From: Lingula anatina
Lineage: Eukaryota; Animalia; Brachiopoda
DNA: 64,000 nucleotides
NCBI GenBank assembly: GCA_051362555.1
Contig: CM120640.1
Span: 4,712,001-4,776,000 of the forward strand
Reading direction: 5' to 3'
In this document: in pieces, positions 37,801 to 50,416 of the stretch
How positions within the stretch are numbered: the first letter of the stretch is position 1
Layout of the letters: each line of letters starts with the position of its first letter
Position numbers and translations under genes: made by a program
The notes under the pieces: model-generated
What the model saw: the letters and a program-made list of their open reading frames with translations, nothing else
Told to the model about the DNA's origin: nothing
Databases searched by the model: none

Positions 37801-39773
37801 ACTTGCTTTTGAAAAACTACTGGCTCACCATAGCATGGAATGTGTTTTCCCATCCGTAGTTTCTGCACTAATGTCAATGTTGTCGTCACCCTCATGGATA
37901 ATATGACCACCATCACAGCGTGACACAATGCCATGTGGAATGTAGACACCATCTTGCTGCCTTTCTACTTCTAACTCAGCAATGTATGTCATTAATCCTT
38001 CTAATATCACCATAGGAGATGCAAATACCGTGGCTGTGAAAGGTATCTATCAAACTACAAGACCCAAAATCATTGTGCAGCAAGTCCTACTTGTAGAGGT
38101 GGAAGAACTTTGCAACAGCTGAACATATGCATTCAGCAATAGCCAGGCATCTTCTGTGTACACCATCAGAATGCAAATGCATCTAAGTTGGTTAATCCAA
38201 AAAACAAACTTTAAAGCAAATCTGGGACAAATAGGCTTAATTTCTGAGACTAATGTCACTTGGTAAGGGGTAGTATTCTGAAAGACCTTTTTTTTCTGTG
38301 TTTTCAAGATAGAAACTGCTTTGTATACATTGATTAATTGGAAGACAAGTGATCAGCATCTTCTGTCACTGTATCTTATGGATCTAGTGAGATTGATGAG
38401 CTCAGGTCTTGTATGATTCTTTGGGCAGCTTTGATAGCGTCACCTAAAGAAATCTTACTACAACACATAACAGCTAGTGGACTTCCCTTGTCCGTATTAT
38501 ACAAGAAAATGAAACAGCATCACCATAATGCTTTGTAGTCTCATTTTGAGCTTTTCACCTCGATAGTTGGACGCCACACTCTTAAATATTACGTACCATA
38601 ATAAAATCTCTTTATTAAATAGAAAGTATCAAAATATTTAAAATAGTAATTTTAACATTGATAATCCACAAAGGTGCAATACAAAAAATAAGAATGATAA
38701 TTTAACATGGGCGGCCATATTGGATTTGGCTGTCATTTTGAAGTTAACTGGTAGTTTTTTTTAATTTGGGAAACACACAGCATTCTTCAAAGCAATGTTA
38801 GAAGAGTGATATAATTTGTTGCATGCTGTTTACTTTCATGTGAGAATTTGACTGACAGGAAGTCACCAGCATAAAATGTGTAAATAATGTCATTTCGTTT
38901 AAATGACATTTAAATTTGCATTTATCATATTAAAAAAACAATTAAAATCTTATAAAACAACATCAATTCAAAGCCAAAAACTTATTTTAAATTTTGGAGG
39001 TTTTTTGTTTTTATATTGTATATGATTTTTTTTATTGTATAAATTTTGCCTTTGGAAAATGCTATTTTAGTGAATTTTAACAGGAAAATGGACGCCATCT
39101 TGAAAATGGTGGCCATTTTGAAAAGGTTGTATGAAGCATCATGTAGCATCAAGCATCTAGCACTAATATATGTGTGAGTTTGGCATTTAAAGATATTTTG
39201 TGATGATTTAGCTGAACTAAAGTCCACATCATGGAAATTTGCATTTCATGGCAGCCATTTTGAATATTTGAAAATTGACTGCTTAAACCTCTCCCAAATT
39301 TAACCAAATGCCACAATGTAATGTAATAATAACTACTTTATGTAATCCAGGCAATAAAGGTTATATGAACATTGTGGTTTTGATTTTATATGTAAAGTTT
39401 TGGAATAAAATGAGAAAATTTGACCAATATTTCACAAACAATGGCGGCCATCTTGAAAACGGCGGCCATCTTGAAATTCTGGTATGGTGTTTTTTTTAGC
39501 CCATAACATCCTTCATCACAAAACATGTAAAGGTTAGATGATAGACAATGTTTTAGGTATGTTTATCAATGATTTGTATTTTTAGAAAAAATGCAAAAAA
39601 ACAGGCGGCCATCTTGGAAATTGTCCGTTTCCATGGTTACGCAGGCAATTGCCATTTCCACATCATGGCTAACTTTGACCAGCAGACTCTGAGCTTTCAA
39701 ATGATATATAATTCAGGTCTGTGTATAAAGGGGACACTAAATCTGAAAATTTTGGCCTTCTGCCGCTCACCTA
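34894..39773 (-). mobile_element. Academ-like DNA transposon, ~4.9 kb, long TIRs, pseudogenised transposase
   Basis: Termini TAGGTGAGCGGCA and TGCCGCTCACCTA, 3-bp TSD TAG (34891-34893, 39774-39776), and >550 bp of near-identical inverted arms. Broken - strand frames carry GVYIP..DNIDISAETTDGKTH and QTDDQQLYAIAQQINWSFPEEF...MGGSHTLSCFIASI, motifs I recognise from Academ transposases. Confidence 0.8.
37087..38560 (-). pseudogene. Frameshifted Academ-type transposase remnants
   Basis: ORF fragments 37172-37489 and 37825-38013 carry conserved transposase-like motifs, separated by stops and frameshifts. Confidence 0.7.
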
Positions 39774-40362
39774 TAGGAGAATATTGATATTTTCCCCGGA
39801 AAATCAATTTTGGCGGGTATTTTTGATGTACTGTACCTTTAACTTAGAAACAACGGGCTTATTCCGGGAATACATTAATTATCATTTCATTACCAACGGA
39901 GGTTAGGCTTTAGGTGAGTGTAGTGGGAAAAGACTTAATCCCTATGCGTAGGCTTTGTATTAATTTTTCGTAACGCGTTTCCTGTGTCGTTCGCGGTTCT
40001 CTCGCTCTTTGGCATCGTTCACCTCACATCCAAACCCAATAGAAAGGTGCAAATGAGGTCACAGGCATGTGCTCTTAAAATATTTACTGCACGTATTACA
40101 AACCCTGTTTGATTATTTTAGGGTCCCACATGAGGAAGTTTGTATCAAAGTTTAACTCTCCTGGAACCATGAATAATAAAAAATAATAATAATTCATCGT
40201 CTAGCCCCAAAAAGGAACACATGTTAGGCCTACTGTCACAAATGCAAAACGTCCAGCTGTGGAAACGTTTTACTCACGTTGAAAGTTCAATCATCACCGA
40301 TTTTGTTCTTTAATTTATCACATACAAGTATAACGTTGTAAAAATGATAATTTTCCGCATAG

Positions 40363-40393
<31 letters not shown>

Positions 40394-40894
40394 TTCAGTG
40401 ACTTTAGTTTGCTTGTCACTGAATGTTATGAAAGTGGGGGTTGATACACCCTACTGACATTAAAATAAGCATTATATGAACTATTTTCCATTCGTGGTCC
40501 AAATATTATATTAGAAATGTCAAACAATCATGGAATCACAATATAGGCCTATTTTTCAGTCAGCAACAAAATTATTTTTCTGGGCAACATACGTCACGTA
40601 GTATTAGCCATGACGCGAAGCCCCTTGAGTTACAATTTAAATATTTATAATAACATCCTTACCTCATATATAATTTACCATGACTGAATCACTACAAAAT
40701 ATATCGGAACGACAATTAAAATTGTATGACCCAGAACATATGTTATTGGAACATAAATTATCATTTGGGCTCCTTACATAATGTATAGACATGGAAAGAA
40801 TTGAAAGTAGACGTAAAATTGAGACAGTCACGGTTTTTTGTTCTGTACAATTACATGTTTAAAAAAATGAATACAACTTCGAATTCATACAATT

Positions 40895-40929
<35 letters not shown>

Positions 40930-41807
40930 TTTTATTTTATTTTTATTTTTGTTGTTGTTGTTGATATTTCAGCATGTGAAATGCACCTGTATATTGGGTT
41001 TGGGTGCTCAATGCTCAAGAACTTTTCCGTCTTTTGCTCAATACCTGCCGAAACGATTTTTAAGGTAGATTAGGACTATTCAGATATCTAAGTTAAATCC
41101 AAATTGTTTAAGAGAATTTGTTTATTTATTATTATTGATTGATTTATTCCAATGGTAGACCCAATGTACGTGCCTTTTTGAAATCGTGGGTCGTTCATTG
41201 CTTGGGATCTACACCGTGTAGGCTATGGTAGTAGGCCATACAGTTCGTGACTGGTGTGGCGAGATTCGGGTGGTCTGTTGTGCTCAGATAGTTCAACTGT
41301 CGTGCTCAGATAGTTCAACGAGTATTGAAAAATTGTTCTGAGTTTTCTTCTGAATAAAAATGGTGCACCGCTTTTGTTTTTATTGATGAGGCGTAATACA
41401 AATGTACACTTAAAGCATAGATTTATTGAAGAAAAACTATAACGGTCCAAGCACTACCGATCAGGAATCGCCCTGACCAGTAACAAGAAAAGTTTTCGGT
41501 CATTCATAATTCGATTTTGCTGATATTGACCATGTGTTTAATTGATTGCTTATCAGCAAACCTCGAGATTAACACGAAAAAGTATAAAATAATGAGTTGT
41601 TTTAAAATTCGTTAAAATTAAGATAATGAAATTTCTTTCCACCGTTTCGCTCTAAGCAGAACTATGCCCTGAGAACGTTACACGCCGTCAGGTTACACAG
41701 GTTAAGGAAATAAGATCTTGTTTCAAACTACAAACAGAGCAACAAGACAATATTCATCGTGAATGTGAACAAAAAAAAAGCCATATGAAATTATGTTTTA
41801 CATACTA

Positions 41808-41859
<52 letters not shown>

Positions 41860-42299
41860 TTGGCTCAGAGAGAGAATCTCACGATTATGATACTGTTTTG
41901 TCTGCAACATTTCCTTTTTTTCCAGCTATTCGTCGACGATGTACCCTTGGCACATGGACCGACTTGTGAACAAGTGCAGCGTCTGCTTTGAGCAGGGCAG
42001 CTCCCGAAATTAGACTTTCCGTAACTGAGGCTCGTCACTTTCTCCTTTCAGTGTCAGTCAATGCTTCAGATGTTGAAGGGTTGATAATACAGTGACATGC
42101 CGTTATGTTCAAAATTGCACCTTTAACCTAAAAAAGAAAAAAAAGAGTGCAGGCAGTGGAAAATCCCCTCTCCGGAACACCGGTTACGCAAGTACATCAA
42201 GAACACCCGGTTTTCTCTTGCCCTTAACTTAACGACTCACACTGCAAACCCGACCGCAACACGCAATTCATGCAGGTTATTTTTGAAAACCCAGCTCTT

Positions 42300-42440
42300 G
42301 GTCCGACCAATCAGAGCACAAATACTCGAGACACCTACCTGTTTCATTCTTTCTATGTCTGTATTCCAATAAAACCAATAGGTGCTATAATTTTTTCAAT
42401 TAGCGCATTAATTAGTGCCTAGCTGCTGCTATACTTATTC
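42300..42440 (+). promoter_or_regulatory. Candidate promoter of the cystine-knot gene
   Basis: Three CCAAT boxes (~42307, 42367, 42376) and a TATA-like CTATAA (~42385), 200-290 bp upstream of the ATG. Confidence 0.4.
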
Positions 42441-42591
42441 GTGCCGCAGTGTAACGAGCTCAGATGAGGCGCAGCTTTTGACTCGGTAGCATTACGAGGC
42501 TTGGGTTAACGCTTTAGATCTTTCCTCTGAAAGCGCTTTCTTTTCCTTTAAGTTTTTAAACGACAAAACTAGCTAGTCACGGAGCAGGGCC

Positions 42592-43380
42592 ATGCTGGTC
42601 CCATATTACAGCATATTCTTAGGTGTAGCGCTGAGCTGTATCGGTTGGGTATGCAGCGCAATGAGAATGACAAAAATTGGAAGCAGGACTTTTCTGTTTG
42701 TTCCCCAGACGCCATGCCGCACTCTCTCGACCGAAGATCTCCACCGACAGCTGCGAAATGCCGAGAGTGACAACGATTTACAAGGTCGCGAACGGCGTTC
42801 TTTGGACATATTTAAACAAGACGAAAGAATATCTAAGCCTAATGGAATGCACGGTGATTTAGAGCGCAAGTTTGAAAAACAACAGGAAAAGGACGTACTA
42901 CAAATGCTTTTCCCTATGCAGTCATTGGACAGCCTTTTTGATACTGAAGACCATGGGGTAGAAATGGACACTAGAGAAAAAAGCGAAGTACATGAACATA
43001 TTCCAAAAACAAATATAAATCTGCATAGACATAACAATAGATATTTATCAAAACATTTATCAAATATTCGACATGGGAGGTCAATCGCCCGTCGCCGCCT
43101 TTCTCTACCATGGACTTGTCCGATGCGGACGGAATTTATCAAATCAGAAGAAGGTGTTTTTCCTCAGTACATTCAGTCGGTAACATGTACATCGAAAAAT
43201 TGTAACTTTGGACACTGTGAGTGTGTCCCAATCAAAAGAACTATGAAATTGCTCAAATTCAATCCTTTCCGGTGCAATCCTGTCCCCTTGACAAACCACG
43301 GAGAGACAATCTACGAAGAAGTCTGGGAAGTAATTAGCAAAGAGGTTACCGTCTCGTGCCAGTGTGAACGTCGTGCGTAG
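42592..43380 (+). CDS. Secreted cystine-knot growth factor precursor, trunk/PTTH/noggin-like (262 aa, single exon)
   Basis: Hydrophobic signal peptide, basic cleavage sites (RERR, RHGR, RRR), and a C-terminal PWTC...FPQYIQSVTC...C..GHCECVP...C...W...VTVSCQC whose spacing matches the trunk/PTTH pattern PWxC..FPRY..C..C..CxP..W..CxC. Confidence 0.8.
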   Translation: MLVPYYSIFLGVALSCIGWVCSAMRMTKIGSRTFLFVPQTPCRTLSTEDLHRQLRNAESDNDLQGRERRSLDIFKQDERISKPNGMHGDLERKFEKQQEKDVLQMLFPMQSLDSLFDTEDHGVEMDTREKSEVHEHIPKTNINLHRHNNRYLSKHLSNIRHGRSIARRRLSLPWTCPMRTEFIKSEEGVFPQYIQSVTCTSKNCNFGHCECVPIKRTMKLLKFNPFRCNPVPLTNHGETIYEEVWEVISKEVTVSCQCERRA

Positions 43381-43830
43381 CGATTGTCAAACTGTTTGTG
43401 TCATGGTATGGGTGCACACGGTGACTTTTCTTTTCATTTGAACAAAACTAACTGAGTGTCACTGATAAGACGTAAACGAGGAAAAACCTGGTTGGTAAAT
43501 GAGACATGAGCGTGCTAGTGTTTACACATGAGCTCAAGAATGTACATTCCCATTAAAAATAATAGATGTTATATTTGTCAACCTAAGTTCATTTAGATTG
43601 GCTTAATTTAATTGTTATTATATCTTATTAGTTGTCATTAAAAGGAGTTCATGAAATTGAAACTAATGTAACGATTAGAAATAATCTATATTTTGTGCTT
43701 GCCTTAAATGACGATTAATCGGACGGATTAATATCGTTTCGTATGACATGGACGTTAAATGTCACGATAACTGGTAGGACCTAACATACGTTGTATAGCT
43801 GAACTTACTGTATAATTAAATCCGACTACA

Positions 43831-44262
43831 TGTTTCTTACAAATCAGCGAAAGTGTAAATCCATTTGTAATTAAATATCTTTATGTTATCTAATAATTGT
43901 TTATTGGTTTGGCAGTTCATAGATAAGACGGGCATTAGATTTTGCTTGTTCAGTTGAAACCGTTTTTCGACAAAAGTTGTAATTAAATATATTTATGTTG
44001 TCTCGGATAATTGTTTATTGTCTTGGTAGTTGATACCGTGGGTGATAAGAGGGGCATTAGATTTTGCTTGTTCAGTTGAAACCGTTTTTCGACAAAAGTT
44101 CTAGATGTTTCTAACAAATCAGCAAAATTGTGAATCTCATTGTAATTAAATATATTTATGTTGTCTGATAATTGTTTATTGTCTTGTTAGTTGATAGCGG
44201 GGGTGATAAGCGGGTGATTAGATTTTGCTTGTTCAACTGAAACAGTTTTTCGACAAAAGTTC
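43831..44262. repeat. Three-copy tandem repeat of a ~115-160-bp unit
   Basis: TGTAATTAAATATATTTATGTT...GATTTTGCTTGTTCAGTTGAAACCGTTTTTCGACAAAAGTT at ~43866, 43978 and 44141. Confidence 0.85.
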
Positions 44263-47200
44263 TAGGCCTACATCTCGTGCTATCGCTAAAAATAACATCT
44301 ATGAACAGATCCATATAAATTTTACCATTACCAAAAGAAAGGGGAAAACATAAAGACCTAAGAGCTAATCTTCCTTTAACATCGAGTCTCCCAGCAGTTA
44401 CTATATCAAGGTTGAATCTGGGGGGGGGGGGGGGGGGGGGGAGCAGGCAACTACCCCTCCTTTACCTCCTGAGGTATCCCTCTCTCCTTCTCCGCAACAA
44501 AAAGGATTTTGATCAAAACGAGACGAAACCAAGCAATATTTCAATCACTACAGGCATGCCTTGCTTATTATGACTCCATGCTTGTGTGGAGTCGGGGAGA
44601 CAATCAGGAATCAGCCGCGTCGCTTTTGAACTATGGTCGGCCATATTTAGTCGGCGAATGAGTAATTACTTGGATCATCCATTCTGAATGGGGCCATAGT
44701 AAAACTGTCCTCATCTACCGTTTTATTTTTTATGCCCATGCCCCCCCCCCCCCCCCCAAAGCAAAATCGTGGCCCCGCCAGTGTATATTTAATTTTTTTT
44801 CACAGTAATAACTCTACACAGCTGTGATATCATGTTTTTATTTTACACATGATATTTCCACAACACGGAAAGAAACTCCCACTGTCGTTGAAATCTTGTA
44901 TGAGAACCAATGTTGGAATCGTGCCCTATATTTTTCCATGACATGCATTAGAAAAACCCTATTCCTGCCACGGGGTGCTCTTCTTGATAATCTTTTAAGT
45001 ACCAATATATACGCGGTTTGAAATAATCAAAGCGACTACGTTAAAAACACAAAATATGATTAAAAGAATGTAAAACTTATATTGTATTGAATTGTTAAAG
45101 TTAGACCCTACACGTATAGATGCAAAGATAGAAAAAAAAGTTCATTAAGTTCATAAAGAACATGTCTCCGTTTTATTGAGCGTCTGGAGGTCTACCGAAC
45201 GATATTCCAGTGTAAACGACATGGTTGGAATGTGTCTGCTCAGTTTCTCTTGGATACACGCGTTTTCCTCCCATTTGGGACTTTAAATCGCCGACCTAAA
45301 TAATAATAATGATAAACCCTTAAAGGATTAATAGCTGTTGAGGTATGTGTGAAATCCCAGGGTAGAAATCGGTTCTTGCAAATTCGGCTTGTAAGTTTTA
45401 AGCAACAAATGGTTGTTTCATAAGTTGGCCCAGAAAAATGCAAGCACGGTTCCACTGCGTTAATGTGACATTGTACCCGCCAACGCGTCTAATTGTTTCA
45501 GCACATTGAACAACAATGTGAAGACAATTACACTGGATTTACAATTATTCTCGAACAACATAAACTAGATTGCAGAAAAATTAAGGGGGGGGGGGGGGGG
45601 AGGAAGTGCCAGTCAATCTAATGAAATTGCATATCACCTTATTGTATTTATATTATAATGATACATCAATATATGTCTTGTATACATCTGACGTAGAAAA
45701 ACACCCTATGAGGTATTGTTTTAACTCTTTATATGTCAAACTGTGATTTGAGTGCAAGGAACAAAAGATTTTTCTCCCATATGTAAGTGCAACAATGCTT
45801 ATTTTTCTTTCTTCAAATATGGGTCATCTACAGTCCATATTTCTATCGCCAGACAAGAAAGCTTATGTTTTTAACTCGTATTATTGGAAAAGTTAAAGAC
45901 CTCAAGAGAATTCAAGTATCTTTTCTGTAATTTGACTCACAATTTAATGATCATACGTAAATTAGTAAAGAAGTAAAGAAAAACATTTAAATTAAATGGA
46001 GTGCTGAATTTTAATAATTTTTGAAAACCTTAAAAACCCTCCTCAGAAAAAAAAAGATTTGCCCAAAAATGGTTAAAATGCACTTTTAGATAGAAAGGCC
46101 TTATTGTAAGAAGTAAACTTCTACGGACAGACCAGGAAAGTTCATGGTATACAAATATTATGATGATAAAAGTCATGATTTGCTGTGAGAAATAAAAGGT
46201 GATAAAAGTTATCTCGCTGCACTGAGAGAGACGAATTTGATTTGCATTTGTTGGGCCTTCTCAACAAACACATTACGGTTCAATACGCAGTGCATGCGAA
46301 TCCGGCGTCTCCCTATACCCATCGAACTACCACAATTTAATGAAGGGTGTTTTGATCTTAAGATGGTTTTCTGCTATAGATATTTATTTTAAAGTGTTGT
46401 CCAAGAAAGACGGCATTTTCAAATTAATTCTGACTCACCCTCCCTCTATGTTTCTCTCTTTCTCTCTCTTCCCAACAAAGGGTTAAATTTGCCTATCGTG
46501 AACAAGATCTCGGTAAATTCAGTATGAAAACAACCACCCATTATGCAATTCTTAGATTGTTGTTAACTATTCAGGTGTCAACCAAATTATTTCCTTTATA
46601 AGCAAACTTACTGTTGTTGTTATTGCGATGATTGTAGATTTTGTTTACAATCAAATAGAGAACTACACTGTGTCAAACTTAAGTTATCAAAGAAAGCACC
46701 GTACATTGCTAGGGACGTAACAAGGCAGACAGGTGTTAGCTTAGTATATGGGCAGTGTATCCTGATTTGGATGGACTTAAGTTGTCTTACCCTGCATATT
46801 GTCAGGTAAGCCAAAACTGATAAATTAGTAACGAATTAGTTTTTTAAGTGCATTCCTAACTGTATAAATTCGTTCTTATGCTTTTCGTGAACTCCTTTTC
46901 ATTTTTAGAATAATCTTATCTAAGGCGTTGGTAGGTGAACTCGCCCGAGTGAATAACTGTGTACACTTGTTTTGTTGTGGCAATGATCAGTTCTATCGTT
47001 TGCTCCAAACGGGTTGAATATAAAGTGGCCCCTTTAGTTCACGGTCTGTGTTGCGATAACCATCTACGTAACTTGGGAACAACAAGACTGTAATTGTATA
47101 TTTCATACATTCAAAGAATTAAATTAAACGGCGTCATATATCACAACGGCATAGTACACAAAGTAACGAACGTCAGCACTTCGAGATCAATCGAAGTTTG

Positions 47201-49387
47201 GTGAGGCCTTGTCACGTTGTCTGTGGACTACCGAAGAAGTTCTCTGAATCAGGGTAAATTCATGTGTTTTATATTCCTTTTTTGTGACCATTTCTTAGTG
47301 CGGTGTGTTGAATTAACGTAGTTCGGTGACTGGTGGTTAAAGACTCGGGAAAATTGGTTCAGTTTTCCCACCAGAATTTCCACTAAAACACTTTGCTTAG
47401 TTAATAGTGGATAAATGCCATCTTCTGTGTTTTTTTTCTTTTGTCAAAAAGAATCTATGTAACTCTTTAGGGATATAAACAGGTACCTGTACAGTATAAT
47501 AAAAATCCGAGTCTTGATGCTCTTTTATTTGCACGTTTTTTAATAATAATTGTTCACACAAAAAATACCTAAGTTCATCACCTGCTGCTTTAATACTTTG
47601 TACAGGTAAACTAGTTACACCTTGTGTGGTGTTTAAAAAAAATGTAAGTTGTTGTCCTCTGTACCGCCTAATGTATTGCACTGCAAGAGTGGAAAACTGC
47701 AGTGCGTTTTAATCTTTTCTGAACAGATTCTTTAAATACAAATGCCTTTGTTGCCCAGAACATTTCAGTTGTTGTTTGTGGTAGATGGTCGCGAAAAAAA
47801 GAAGAAAATAGAAGAAGAAAAAAAAAACTAGATTTTCTGCAGTTTTAGACTTCTTTCTGATACATGTAGGTAACTAACCGTTCCTCTATCGAGTTCCAAT
47901 CTTAAAAAATAATATAAGGCATTTCTATCGCGAAAAAGAAACTTTTTTCATAATTTTTCATAACTTGAAATGTGCTTTTTCACCAATTCAAAACACTGTT
48001 TGAAAATCATTCTTAGTGGTTTTGAACTTTGAACAGGGATTTTAATTTCCTTACATAAATAGGATAGAAATGCCCGAGTGACGTACAAAAGCACAGGTAT
48101 TTTTAACACGAAGACATAATACAAGGTTGGGTTAAACCTACTTATATAAAAAATACAATTTTTACATTATATTTTTCGATTATGTAAGTCACACAAGGGA
48201 AAGCTTAATGTTCCCCTCATTACCACTGATTTGGAGAGAATGAGATGGGCTAAAGGTATTCAATGCAGTGCAACAATGACCATATTTGTTTGAATCAAAA
48301 ACATTGAATATCCAAAATAGTCCGAAATTTTAAGTCACAATAGATCAACAAATGTACCTTAACTACCGGCGAATTATTTTATTCATACTTTTTGCTGGTC
48401 AATATGAGATTACCAAGAGCAGTAAGCAATAGTTTGTGCTAACGGACTACTGGTTACGTATATGCGCATCAAAGGAAGTGTAGTGTCAACGACTTTTATA
48501 CCCACTTCCAATCAATCCACGTTGCCTTGACTTGACTAAATAGGGTGAACAACGCCAAATTAAAATTCTACAAGTGATAGGGGAAACAATTCTAAAATTC
48601 TAGTATGTAATAAGATCCTTAGCCATTTACAGAGGCCCAGATTCAATATTTGGTTTAACCAGTACTTGATGTTCATTACCTACATCGTGCTGCACCTTAC
48701 ACACAAATAACCGCCCAACAATCGGTATCAATTTCGTTTTACATATTAGATTGTATAGTTTCTTCTTGCTTCGAACTATAAATCTAGAGTTGTTCTTCAG
48801 TTGTGCGCCGGGATAAAAGCTGTAAGAGGAACCGTGAATTGTGACATATAATGCGATTGATGAACCCATGTAAAACAAATTTTAGAATAATAGAAAAGAG
48901 GTCCTAGGTAGAAGAGGCGTCGTGCCCATTTCGAAGGACAAACATAGCCAGACTGAAAACGGTCACATTTCAATATTGATCCCCGAGATTAGGAGGGCTC
49001 TGAAAGGGTATGCAGAGATTAAGGATGTTTGCACGATACTTATGTGGGAATATCTCTAATTTCATTTAATGTGTTTGTATTATTTACAGGTTACTTTGGG
49101 CACCTGTCACAAATAGCAAGGCGACACGGACGACGTGAATATGATCATCATACATCCCGAAAAGTTAATGCATAAGGTCTACAGCAATTATTGAACCAGC
49201 TTCGATTTAATCCAACGGGAGCTTCACATATCCACTGACAGGATAAAGTAAATTGTGGAACAAAAGACTGAGAGAACACATTCAAGATGCATATTGATCA
49301 ATAACACATATAACATAAAGCGTTGTAGGATAAATCAATATTCCTAGAGGCAAAGGAAATTGAATAGAGGGCACTGTCAGATTTGTT

Positions 49388-50416
49388 ATGATAAACATTA
49401 GCGTGTCTATGCGTTTGCCATCTACTACATGTACCATGGAAAATGGCAGCGAGTCAACGCGGGCGCAATCTGCACGAAGGAAATCAAGCACTAAGTACGC
49501 TTGGGGTCCAAGTGCTGGGGAAAAAGATGCGGACAGAAGAGTAAAAGATGAAAAAACTGAAAAGCTTCCCCGATTACTGCGAAAAAAGGAAGGTTTGATC
49601 ACAGCAGTGAGGCGCTCTCAGTCATCTTCAGCGAGAGAACAAGAAGACGAGATCGAAAGAATAAAAAGGGCCAACCGGCGCGAGTCGCTTGCTTTTGGCA
49701 ACGCTACTGCTGATGAAAGTCGCCCAAACTCAGCGAGGTCCATTTCTCCAGATTCCTCGGCTGTGACAGGAGGGGAGGGTGGTGGCAACAGCTCTCAGAA
49801 TATCTGGATTGAATTTGAAAATCATATCAAAAGTATAGATGACGATTCTTCGAAAATTAGGACTTTTCAACAAAACAAAGTTAACTTCCGATCTAGCGAG
49901 ACATTTCAAAAAGTTGCTGGAGAATTCCGGAGTGAAAAATCAAGACAAAATATAGGGTTTGGGACAAATTTGAGGATAAAAAAATTCACAGCAAACAGGT
50001 CAAATAAGCACCAAGAAACGGAACCACAGCATGGAGAGAATGAGACAGAGACAGAAAACCAGATAAACCCAGAAAAAGAAACAAAACAAGGAAAACCAAT
50101 GCGTTGGTCTGTTATAAAGCAAGGGGTTAAGGAAGTGCAAGAGGAGAAAAAGGAAAAGACGCAAGAAATCTTACAAGCAGCATCACAATTAAATGAAATA
50201 GACCTTAAAAAGCAAGATCTTTACATTAGGTACGGGATCATTCCTGCAAAGGGACATGCCAAACCAACAAATACAATGATACCTAAAATCAACCCACGTT
50301 TTGTATCAAAGGAATTTTTAGCGTCATATAAAGTTCTCCACCCGACCTTAGACTATTTGGACTACAGAGAGGGTCGAACTAGACGTGGGAGAAGGGTGCA
50401 ATCCGCTTTCACCTGA
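49388..50416 (+). CDS. Uncharacterised 342-aa hydrophilic, probably disordered protein (start codon uncertain: 49388/49409/49436)
   Basis: Long open frame in AT-rich DNA; splice acceptor TATTTACAG at ~49090 upstream; AATAAA at ~50721; no recognisable domain. Confidence 0.65.
   Translation: MINISVSMRLPSTTCTMENGSESTRAQSARRKSSTKYAWGPSAGEKDADRRVKDEKTEKLPRLLRKKEGLITAVRRSQSSSAREQEDEIERIKRANRRESLAFGNATADESRPNSARSISPDSSAVTGGEGGGNSSQNIWIEFENHIKSIDDDSSKIRTFQQNKVNFRSSETFQKVAGEFRSEKSRQNIGFGTNLRIKKFTANRSNKHQETEPQHGENETETENQINPEKETKQGKPMRWSVIKQGVKEVQEEKKEKTQEILQAASQLNEIDLKKQDLYIRYGIIPAKGHAKPTNTMIPKINPRFVSKEFLASYKVLHPTLDYLDYREGRTRRGRRVQSAFT

Noticed and set aside
34890-39787. Two nearly identical 72-aa ORFs (MICIFRKNAKKQAAILE...) on opposite strands
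   Set aside because: They are the two TIR arms of the transposon, not genes.
42606-43142. 178-aa - strand ORF
   Set aside because: Antisense to the cystine-knot CDS, with no independent features.
40710-48060. Isolated TTACATAA sites near the trunk-like gene suggesting control by the neighbouring bZIP
   Set aside because: Two scattered AT-rich 8-mers over >7 kb are expected by chance.
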